From an uncultured virus (IMG/VR IMGVR_UViG_3300049982_000206) (Duplodnaviria; Heunggongvirae; Uroviricota; Caudoviricetes): a DNA stretch of 64,000 nucleotides. The stretch lies in the IMG/VR virus record IMGVR_UViG_3300049982_000206, one strand, 5' to 3'. The position numbers and the translations under genes are program-made. The notes under the pieces are model-generated. The model had not been told where the DNA came from and searched no databases. It saw nothing but the letters and a program-made list of their open reading frames with translations. Each line of letters starts with the position of its first letter. Position 1 is the stretch's first letter. Positions 10,701-18,125 of this stretch are shown here, piece by piece.

Positions 10701-13700
10701 CCGGTGGAAGATCCCGGCGCCGGAAACCACCGGTGACCCAGAGGCCGACAAGCGCGCGCTTGCAGCCTCGCTGCGAGCGGCTGCGCGCGCGTCTGACAAC
10801 GCCGCAGACCGCGCCGCGCTGAACTGGGCCGCGCGCCAACTGGTGCCGCCGGCGCCGCGCCCGCGCCCAGAAGGCGGCGCGCCGCGCAAGCCACGCACGC
10901 GCTCCCCGCAGCGGCAGGCGCGCGCCCAGGCCGATGGTGACGTCGCGGCGGCGCGCGCGGCGCGCAAGCCTCCGGTATCACCGGAAGCGCGCATGGCGGC
11001 GCTGGCAGCGCTCGCGGACGAACTCGACCGCCTCGGAGTGGGTGGCGTCCCAGTCACCCAACCGACCGTCACCGCGACCGGTGAAGGCAGCGAGGAGCAG
11101 AGCGGCACGTCGATCGTGACCGCGCTGCGGTCGTTCGTCGCGGAGTACAAGAAGCGGCGCGCCCAGGTGGACTCCGGTGCGGCACCTGTAGACAGTGGGG
11201 ACAACCAAGGAGGTACCGATGGGTCGGCTGGCGATGCTGGCACAGGAGCACTACGAGAAGCTACTGCCGAAGACGTACGCGGGTCTGACCGACCCGGAGA
11301 CGTTCTTCCGGAATCTGGAGACGGAAGCGGAGCAGCAGATCGACGACCTGACGGACCGCTTCGCGGACGTGGATCTGAACCCGGCGGAGACGTTCGAGGA
11401 GAAGGTGGGGAGGCTCAAGAACGCCCGGCAGCGGGCGGAGGAGATCGTGCTGCGGGAGACGGTGCTGATCGACCCCGCAACGGTGGAGACGGAGACCGAC
11501 TCGCAGGAGACGGACTACCCGTCGACGACGGATCTGGCGACGCCGGAGGACCGGGAGTTGGCGAGCGCGATGGCCGACTTCCAGGAAGCGACAGAGGAAT
11601 TGGCGGAGATCCGGAGCAGCAGTCAGCCTCCGCAGAGTCAGTCCGCGTCGCCGATGCCGGACTCGCCTCCGACGGAGTAACCGAGGCCGACCAGCCGGCA
11701 CCGTCACCTGCCGCTGTCCCGGTCAACGTCTCCAGCGGCGGGGACTTCCAGCCGCGAGGCGTCGACGACTTCGCGCCGGCTGGCAAGGTCGGCAAGCTGA
11801 ACGCGAACATCGCCGCGCTGCGGACCCTGCGTACCTTGCAAGGCGAGAAGCGGCCTGCGACTCCGGAAGAGCAGGCGGTCCTGGCGAAGTGGGCTGGCTG
11901 GGGTGGTTTGCCGGAGGTGTTCGACGAGTTCCGCGGCGACTTCGCGCCGCAGCGCGAGGAGCTGCGCGGTCTGCTGTCGGATGCGGAGTGGAACGAGGCG
12001 AAGCGGAACACGCTGAACGCGCACTACACCGACGCCCGCGTGGTCGAGGCTGTCTGGCAGGCAGTCGGGGATCTCGGGTTCCAAGGTGGCCGCGTCCTGG
12101 AGCCCGGGTCCGGGTCGGGAACGTTCATCGGGTTCGCTCCGGACAACGCCAACATGGTCGGGGTCGAGCTGGACTCCACCACCGCGGCGCTGTCGCAGTA
12201 TCTCTACCCGAACGCGATCATCCGCAACGAGTCATTCGCCCGAACCAACCTGCCTGACGGATCGTTTGACGCGACCGTCGGCAACGTCCCGTTCGGTAAG
12301 TTCGCGCTGACCGACCGCCGGCACAACCCCGACAGCGAGTCGATTCACAACCACTTCATCTTGAAGTCGATGGACCTGACCCGGCCCGGCGGCCTGGTGG
12401 CCGTTCTGACGTCCCGGTTCACCCTGGACTCCCTGGACTCGGGCGCCCGCCGGAAGATGGCGGAGAAGGGCGATCTCGTCGGAGCAGTACGGCTCCCGAC
12501 CGGATCGCACCAGCGCGCGTCCGGCACGGATGTCATCGAGGACCTGCTGATCTTCCGCGTCCGCGCTCGGGGCGAGACACCGCACGCGGACCAGTCGTGG
12601 GTCACCTCGACAAAGAAGCAGATCGACGACCAGGTCATCCCGGTGAACGACTACTGGGAAGCGCACCCGGAGAACGTGCTCGGCGTGATGAGCGCCGAGG
12701 CTGGCCGGTTCGGGACGGGCGACCTTGTCGTCCGCGGCGATCGAGACATGGCCGATCTGCCTGCGGTGCTGAGCGGCATCGTGGACCGGGCTCGCGAAGA
12801 CGGATTGGTTGCGTCTGCCTCCAATGGCCCTCGCGCCGATCTCGTCGACGCCGACGAGACGCGTCACGACGGTCACATCCGTGTCGAGGGAGACGGCACG
12901 TTCACACAGGCCCACCGAGGCGCCTCGGTGCCGTTCGAGGTGTCCGCCGTCCAGCGGCCTGAACTCGCCTCACTGATCGGGCTCCGGGACACCTTGAGCC
13001 AGCTTCTCGACGCTGAAGCCTCCAGCCGCGGCCTCACCCCGGAAATCACCAACCTCCGCGGACAACTGAACGTCCAGTACGACGCGTACGTCGCGAAGCA
13101 CGGCCCGATCAACCGGTTCAAGCTGTCCAAGACTGGCACCCGGATTCGTCCGCAGCAGGGCGGGTTCCGGCGCGACCCGATGTCAGCAGTTGTCCGCGCG
13201 TTGGAGACGTACGACCCCAGCGACGGGACCGCCGAGAAGGCGAGCATCTTCACGAAGCGCGCGGTTGCCCCGCGGGAACTCCGCACCAGCACGGACGACC
13301 CGGCGGATGCGGTCAGCCTGTCCGTCGACACGTACGGCGACGTCAACCTTCCCGCGATCGCGGACATGCTCGGTACCGACGAGGCCACTGCCCGGGAGCG
13401 TCTCACCGGCTACGTGTTTGAGCAGCCGCCAACGCGCGCAGGCACCAGCGAGGTGGATGCCCGGATCGAGGCCAACGCCGGGATCGACCCCTCCGGCGAC
13501 CTCCTCGCTGTGGCCGGCATCGAGGCCCCCTCGTTCGTGGTCCCGCCCATCGACGAGGACGCGATCGGGACGCCCGGGAAGTTGGAGCCATCTGCGGCGT
13601 ACCTGTCCGGCAACGTTCGCCGCAAACTTGCGATCGCTCAGGCGGCGGCCGCGGTTGACCCCCGTTTCCAGGCGAACGTCGACGCTCTGAAGGCGGTCAT

Positions 13701-16700
13701 CCCGGCCGACCTCGGCGCGGACGAGATCGACGCGCGCCTCGGCGCGGCCTGGATCGACAAGGAGACCGTGCAGCAGTTCCTTCAGGAACTGTTGCAGGAC
13801 CGCTACAACACCGTGCGGGTCTCTCACTCCGGTGGGTCGATCTGGTCCGTCGACGGCCCGAACTACGGAAACCTCTCTACCGAGGTGTGGGGCACCCAGC
13901 GGCGGTCAGCGAGCGAACTCGTGCAATCGCTGCTGGAGCAACGGTCGATCAAGATCTCGAAGCCGAAGAGTGAGGGTGGGGGCCCTGACCTCGAAGCGAC
14001 CCTGGCTGCGCAGGAGAAGGCGACGGCGATCCAGGAGCGGTTCGGTGAGTGGCTGTGGGAGAACCCTGACCGGGCACGAAAGATGCAGGCCCGCTACAAC
14101 GACATGTTCAATGCGCTCGTGCTGCGGAAGTACGACGGGTCGAGGCGCTCCTACCCCGGCATGGCGGAGTCGTGGAAGCCGCGCGATCACCAGGGCAACG
14201 CGGTCGAGCGGATCGTCAACGAGCCAACCGCGATGCTCGCTCACGTCGTCGGTGCCGGCAAGACGGCCGAGATGGTCATCGGTACGGCGGAACTGAAGCG
14301 GCTTGGGATGTCCCGCAAGCCGTCCATCATCGTCCCGAACCACATGCTGGAACAGTTCACCCGCGAGTACCTGGAGATCTACCCGCAGGCCAAGTTGCTG
14401 GCCGCCGGGTCAGAGGACATGCAAGGCGACAAACGCCGCGAGTTCGTCGGCCGGGCCGCGACCGGCGACTGGGATGCGGTGATCCTCACCCAGGGTGCGT
14501 TCGAGTCGATCCCGATGTCGCAGGAGCAGCAGCAGGCGTACATCGACCGCGAGATGGCTTCGATGCGCTCCCAGCTGGCCCAGGCGCAGGCCGACGAGAT
14601 GGCGGCCCGGGTTGCAGGCGATATGGGCGACCGCAAGAACATCGAGAAGACCGTCAAGAAGATGGAGACGTCCCTGCTCCGCGCCGAAGAGGCGCTCAAG
14701 AAGAAGATGGATAAGCAGAAGGACGTCGGGGTCACTTGGGAGCAGACCGGCATCGACTACCTGTTCGTCGATGAGGCGCATGGCTACTCCAACCTGCGCA
14801 CCCTGTCGAACATCCAGGGCGCTGGCACCACCGGCTCCGACAAAGCCACCGACCTGCACATGAAGCTGGAGTACCTGCGGGAAACGTCGCAGTCCGGGCG
14901 GGTCGCGACGTTCGCGACCGGTACGCCGATCCGGAACACCGTCACGCAGGCGTACGTAATGCAGAGGTTCCTGCGGCCGGACCTGATGGAAGAGGCCGGC
15001 ATCCACAGTTTCGATCAGTGGGCGAGCACGTTCGGCGAAACCGTCGACTCGATGGAGTTGAAGCCCGAGGGCACCGGGTTCCGGCAGACAACCCGGTTCG
15101 CGAAGTTCCGCAACGTGCCCGAGTTCCTGAAGATGTTCCACACCTTCGCCGACGTCAAGATGGCCGAGGACCTGGCCCTGCCGACGCCGGACCTGGTCGG
15201 GGGCAAGGCGACCACAGTCACCGTGCCGTCGTCCGAAGCGCTCGCGGACTACATCCAAGATCTCGGCCAGCGCGCTGACGACGTGCGCAACGGTGTGGTC
15301 GAACCCGAAGAAGACAACATGTTGAAGATCAGCGGCGACGGGCGCAAGGCAGCCCTGTCGATGAAGCTGGTCGGCGGTGACCACGAGCCCGGGAAGATCG
15401 AAGCTGCCGCGGACCAGATCGCGTCGATCTGGGAAGAGAACAAGGGCAACGTCTACACCGACCCGAAGACCGGCGAAATCGACTCGATCGCTGGCGGCAT
15501 GCAGATCGTGTTCCTCGACATGGGCACCCCCAACTCAGAGGGCAAGTGGAACGGGTACGACAAGCTCAAGCAGGAACTCACAGCCCGGGGCATGGACCCA
15601 TCAACGATCCGGTACGTGCACGAGGCGAAGAACGACGCGCAGAAGGCGGAGATGTTCGCCGCCGCCCGCGCCGGCCGGATCTCCGTTCTGATCGGGTCCA
15701 GCGAGAAAATGGGCGTCGGAACCAACATGCAACGGCGTGCCGTTGCTCTGCACCACCTGGACGCGCCGTGGCGCCCTGCCGACGTCGAGCAGCGCGACGG
15801 CCGGATCATGCGACAGGGCAACCTGAACAAGGAAGTACAGATCCTGCGGTACGTCACCGAGGGCAGCTTCGACGCCTACATGTGGCAGACGCTGGAGCGC
15901 AAGGCGAAGTTCATCAACCAGATCATGCGCGGCTCTTTGGACGTCCGCGAGATCGACGACATCGGCGACACCGCGATGTCGTACGGCGAAATCAAGGCTC
16001 TCGCAACAGGCAACCCCGACCTGCTGGAGAAGGCGAAGCTCGACACCGAGTTGACGAAACTGGAGCGGCTAGCGCGGGCCCACAACCGCACCCAGACGAA
16101 CCTGAAGTCCGACATCGGAAACCAGACCCGCAACGCGCAGACGTGGGAGTCGTACGCCGCCCAGTACGACGCCGCTCTCGGGCAACGCGTAAACACTCGT
16201 GGCGAAGCGTTCACGATGGGCGTGGGCGGGATGAAGTACAGCAAGCGGGCTGACGCGGCGGACGCCTTGCGCGACCGGTTCAGCAGCCTCATGAACCAGG
16301 ACCGCTGGGGCGAGGCGCCCGAGCGCAGCGTGGGCACGGTGGGCGGATTTGCCGTCACCGGCCAGGTCACTCCCGTTCCTGGCGGCGGCCGGCAGGTCAT
16401 CGTCCGCTTTGAGGGCGTCCCGGGTGAGGTGACCCGAGTTACGACCGACGACCTGAGACTGTCCGGGATCGGACTCGTCACTCGCCTGGAAAGTTCGCTG
16501 GAAGCATTCGAGGCGAAGCGGGACCGACTGCTTGAGTCCGCTGCAGAGGCCCGCATCGAAGTCAACCGGATGCAGGAACGTGTCGGTGCCGGCTTCCCGA
16601 AGGCGGCCGAGCTGGAGGCCGTGCGGCTGCGGTCGCAGCGGATCAACATGAAGATCGAGCGTGACGCACGCCGGTCCGCCGGAGAAGACATTCCGTTCGA

Positions 16701-16893
16701 CCCGCTGATCGATTCCGCGCAGTACGACGCCACGCTGCCAGTCGAGGAGGCCACCGCACCGGACGACTTCGGCGCAGTCACCGCCGCGGACCTGCGGCAG
16801 GCGGCCGAGGCGCGTGCTGACGCCGAGAAGAGCCTTGTTGTCGAGGCTGGCCGTGTGGTTGTGCGCCTGGTCCAGCGAAAGGTGGCTGCGTGA
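7768..16893 (+). CDS. giant DarB-like N6-adenine methyltransferase / SF2 (SNF2-like) helicase
   Basis: MTase motif I VLEPGSGSG and motif IV GNVPF; helicase AHVVGAGKT, DEAH, TGTP, QRDGRIMRQGN; N-terminal HPRDRVGRF. Confidence 0.9.
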   Translation: MSIVEQPQSAPRPALHLNVETDETKVRRPAWDEVAHPRDRVGRFIETGAEVRVWGGALAKVVRNVGGGRIEIERLSDHSHVIVHRNYLTVTKRPDGTAPTSKRDANVQALPEKAPDPDAVEVPKPTTPPDVDMEDIGNTLDHFLRRMDPEAAERVHAASEDYLRALGNDVPDDEADERAHLIGVLDDIDGKYPTERAILMSTRALRDEAQKEPDGNPEVARQVADDDPVTVRPGQPREPGVPIPPAPSETEPVAGRLVHDGDVLQTRMGRVTVVGEPVKQPNGSYALRLDRGNGNPPVEMVVGSRDRVQREKPATADPTPAPPARGAVGSPDAQPLVPDAPVTDTPAVDKPDSTEANPRRYRTSPSGAREAAYAAEVQESDGYEAGFTVDGWHVTVTDPNSALWSLAGIRDIHDDNLDPSVRASLTPELRRRARISRDALDRLMDDIRRDAGITGNGKPSPRIADTNAPDATPEAPAAAPPEPVKPERRQLDGFSAAESATIHNAVEDHAAQYYRGPATPTADNAAGYVGGIDAATRYVTEGHLKDLLETHGMAKVTQAVLGVIRDDESVLTRTQEDRNNRKAERDAKLAEINQRAGAAAQVENWDEALRGLDEIETIDPTYRPGGLSVDELRTRLTRARGTDSAPQNDAPEAVPDQAPEAVPDQAPSETPAAVEPSTAPAKPRFATVEAVRQWLRGPGSTPQLAREDPERAARHRATNARIANDPALTLSAGGRLIVHRNPTIGGNKEWRIASPANGLHLGRAGTGRNKEEALQLAALMESHVDAEGNPIPFDADDINARIRTWRDKDGLGLGNLLLEDRAKVEPGRRRGADWKDPWWEGQAPQPLPERAPEAAPAPERSGNEYAAEAYAANQRGDRSAALRAILEAERVDPGQDERWRRLRREYRGLPPVPTGTPLDAQGDTIRTPELVVPDSAAPAETNLPDADVDLDEPGDEEVPAVPPVEDTPTSAPTLSADGRWKIPAPETTGDPEADKRALAASLRAAARASDNAADRAALNWAARQLVPPAPRPRPEGGAPRKPRTRSPQRQARAQADGDVAAARAARKPPVSPEARMAALAALADELDRLGVGGVPVTQPTVTATGEGSEEQSGTSIVTALRSFVAEYKKRRAQVDSGAAPVDSGDNQGGTDGSAGDAGTGALREATAEDVRGSDRPGDVLPESGDGSGAADRRPDGPLRGRGSEPGGDVRGEGGEAQERPAAGGGDRAAGDGADRPRNGGDGDRLAGDGLPVDDGSGDAGGPGVGERDGRLPGSDRGIGGDPEQQSASAESVRVADAGLASDGVTEADQPAPSPAAVPVNVSSGGDFQPRGVDDFAPAGKVGKLNANIAALRTLRTLQGEKRPATPEEQAVLAKWAGWGGLPEVFDEFRGDFAPQREELRGLLSDAEWNEAKRNTLNAHYTDARVVEAVWQAVGDLGFQGGRVLEPGSGSGTFIGFAPDNANMVGVELDSTTAALSQYLYPNAIIRNESFARTNLPDGSFDATVGNVPFGKFALTDRRHNPDSESIHNHFILKSMDLTRPGGLVAVLTSRFTLDSLDSGARRKMAEKGDLVGAVRLPTGSHQRASGTDVIEDLLIFRVRARGETPHADQSWVTSTKKQIDDQVIPVNDYWEAHPENVLGVMSAEAGRFGTGDLVVRGDRDMADLPAVLSGIVDRAREDGLVASASNGPRADLVDADETRHDGHIRVEGDGTFTQAHRGASVPFEVSAVQRPELASLIGLRDTLSQLLDAEASSRGLTPEITNLRGQLNVQYDAYVAKHGPINRFKLSKTGTRIRPQQGGFRRDPMSAVVRALETYDPSDGTAEKASIFTKRAVAPRELRTSTDDPADAVSLSVDTYGDVNLPAIADMLGTDEATARERLTGYVFEQPPTRAGTSEVDARIEANAGIDPSGDLLAVAGIEAPSFVVPPIDEDAIGTPGKLEPSAAYLSGNVRRKLAIAQAAAAVDPRFQANVDALKAVIPADLGADEIDARLGAAWIDKETVQQFLQELLQDRYNTVRVSHSGGSIWSVDGPNYGNLSTEVWGTQRRSASELVQSLLEQRSIKISKPKSEGGGPDLEATLAAQEKATAIQERFGEWLWENPDRARKMQARYNDMFNALVLRKYDGSRRSYPGMAESWKPRDHQGNAVERIVNEPTAMLAHVVGAGKTAEMVIGTAELKRLGMSRKPSIIVPNHMLEQFTREYLEIYPQAKLLAAGSEDMQGDKRREFVGRAATGDWDAVILTQGAFESIPMSQEQQQAYIDREMASMRSQLAQAQADEMAARVAGDMGDRKNIEKTVKKMETSLLRAEEALKKKMDKQKDVGVTWEQTGIDYLFVDEAHGYSNLRTLSNIQGAGTTGSDKATDLHMKLEYLRETSQSGRVATFATGTPIRNTVTQAYVMQRFLRPDLMEEAGIHSFDQWASTFGETVDSMELKPEGTGFRQTTRFAKFRNVPEFLKMFHTFADVKMAEDLALPTPDLVGGKATTVTVPSSEALADYIQDLGQRADDVRNGVVEPEEDNMLKISGDGRKAALSMKLVGGDHEPGKIEAAADQIASIWEENKGNVYTDPKTGEIDSIAGGMQIVFLDMGTPNSEGKWNGYDKLKQELTARGMDPSTIRYVHEAKNDAQKAEMFAAARAGRISVLIGSSEKMGVGTNMQRRAVALHHLDAPWRPADVEQRDGRIMRQGNLNKEVQILRYVTEGSFDAYMWQTLERKAKFINQIMRGSLDVREIDDIGDTAMSYGEIKALATGNPDLLEKAKLDTELTKLERLARAHNRTQTNLKSDIGNQTRNAQTWESYAAQYDAALGQRVNTRGEAFTMGVGGMKYSKRADAADALRDRFSSLMNQDRWGEAPERSVGTVGGFAVTGQVTPVPGGGRQVIVRFEGVPGEVTRVTTDDLRLSGIGLVTRLESSLEAFEAKRDRLLESAAEARIEVNRMQERVGAGFPKAAELEAVRLRSQRINMKIERDARRSAGEDIPFDPLIDSAQYDATLPVEEATAPDDFGAVTAADLRQAAEARADAEKSLVVEAGRVVVRLVQRKVAA
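9717..9767 (+). repeat. 24-nt tandem duplication (APEAVPDQ x2) in linker
   Basis: CCCGAGGCCGTGCCYGACCAGGCG twice. Confidence 0.7.
11219..11680 (+). CDS. TnpV-like protein nested in another frame of the giant gene
   Basis: AAGGAGG at 11207-11213, ATG 11219; helical protein containing ARQRAEEIVLRE, similar to the TnpV C-terminal signature. Confidence 0.7.
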   Translation: MGRLAMLAQEHYEKLLPKTYAGLTDPETFFRNLETEAEQQIDDLTDRFADVDLNPAETFEEKVGRLKNARQRAEEIVLRETVLIDPATVETETDSQETDYPSTTDLATPEDRELASAMADFQEATEELAEIRSSSQPPQSQSASPMPDSPPTE

Positions 16894-17165
16894 GTGAAGT
16901 TACGGATGCGCTCGACGCGTTGCAGCGCGGCGAGCGCACGCTCGAACAAGTGCAGGAGTTCTTCCTCACCCGGCATTGGCCGCGGCCAAGCGGCAGACGC
17001 GACACTGGCGCCCGGTCGGAGGGATCATTCACCGAGGTTGCTGATGCCTACAGCAACGGCAGCTTGTCGCTTGATCAGTACGTCGTCCTTGCGGAGGCCG
17101 CCTCGACCGCGATGAAGCAACAGCAGAAGGCGAAGAGACCGACTACCGATGAGGTGAACCCATGA
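16890..17165 (+). CDS. hypothetical protein
   Basis: Coupled by overlaps at both ends. Confidence 0.7.
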   Translation: MSEVTDALDALQRGERTLEQVQEFFLTRHWPRPSGRRDTGARSEGSFTEVADAYSNGSLSLDQYVVLAEAASTAMKQQQKAKRPTTDEVNP

Positions 17166-18025
17166 CCGGCGCGCAGATCAACTGGGACGTCCGCGACAGC
17201 AGCGGCGGCCTGGTGGCAGACCTTCCGACGCTTGCGAGCGTCCTGAACAGCGACCTTGACCTGGCTGCGAAAACCCTGCTGGAGTCGCCGAGTGTCCTGC
17301 TGGCGCCGGCCGAGCTGGTGCAGCAGGCACAGGCGCACGTGAAGGCTGCCAAGCCGAAGCCCGGTGACGGCACTCCCCCTCCCATTTCCACCGGTACGTT
17401 CGTCTCGTGGCCCGGCGGGCGTGGGCGGGTTGCTCTCGTGGTGACCAACGGCAAGGTGCCCGGTATCGAGGACGAGATGGAAGGGTCGGCTAGCTCGCCC
17501 GCGGCGCAGGTCGTGGTGTGGGAACGGTCCGGCGACGGTTACAAGCCGAGCCGGAAGAAGGTCGGCGCCAAGCTCCAGACACTGAAGCGGATCGCTCCGC
17601 TCCAGTCCGGCAAGAAGTCGTCGGCCGTCACCTCCGCGACCCGTCTGGTCGAGATGATCGCCGAGCACGAGCAGCGCATCGAGAGCGAAGACCTCGGCGA
17701 GACCGCCCGCGTGAGTGGAGCCTCGGTCAAGTCGGTTTACGAGCGTGGCCTGGCCGCGTGGCCCGGCGTACTCCGGACTGGCCTGACCCGTGAAGAGTGG
17801 GCCCAGGAACGCGTGAAGGCTTTCATGAACACGGCGGCCGGCATGACGATCGACAACTACGTCAACGACCACGGTCTGCTGGCGAAGTCGCACCCGAAGC
17901 ACCCCGACTTCGAGTCCAAGGCGATCATGGACGTGACGCCGAGCGGTGCCGACGGCGTGGAGTACGTCACGATCGACCAAGACGAGGTCAACCAGCGGAT
18001 CCAGGATCTTCTGGCCGACGTGTGA
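17162..18025 (+). CDS. head-module protein with Tudor-like (DUF2945-like) and VYERGLAAW...WAQERV (DUF5824-like) segments
   Basis: Motif resemblance; GAGG RBS. Confidence 0.6.
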   Translation: MTGAQINWDVRDSSGGLVADLPTLASVLNSDLDLAAKTLLESPSVLLAPAELVQQAQAHVKAAKPKPGDGTPPPISTGTFVSWPGGRGRVALVVTNGKVPGIEDEMEGSASSPAAQVVVWERSGDGYKPSRKKVGAKLQTLKRIAPLQSGKKSSAVTSATRLVEMIAEHEQRIESEDLGETARVSGASVKSVYERGLAAWPGVLRTGLTREEWAQERVKAFMNTAAGMTIDNYVNDHGLLAKSHPKHPDFESKAIMDVTPSGADGVEYVTIDQDEVNQRIQDLLADV

Positions 18026-18052
18026 CAGCTCGGTGGCGGCGCCTGATCCGCT

Positions 18053-18086
18053 CGACGCGACCTTAACCACTCCGGCTACCTAGCCT
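18053..18086 (+). promoter_or_regulatory. phage promoter motif
   Basis: CGACGCGACCTTAAC-N13-TAGCCT. Confidence 0.8.
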
Positions 18087-18125
18087 CCGATCAGCAGCTA
18101 CCCAGCTGGTCAGGAGGCTCGACCG

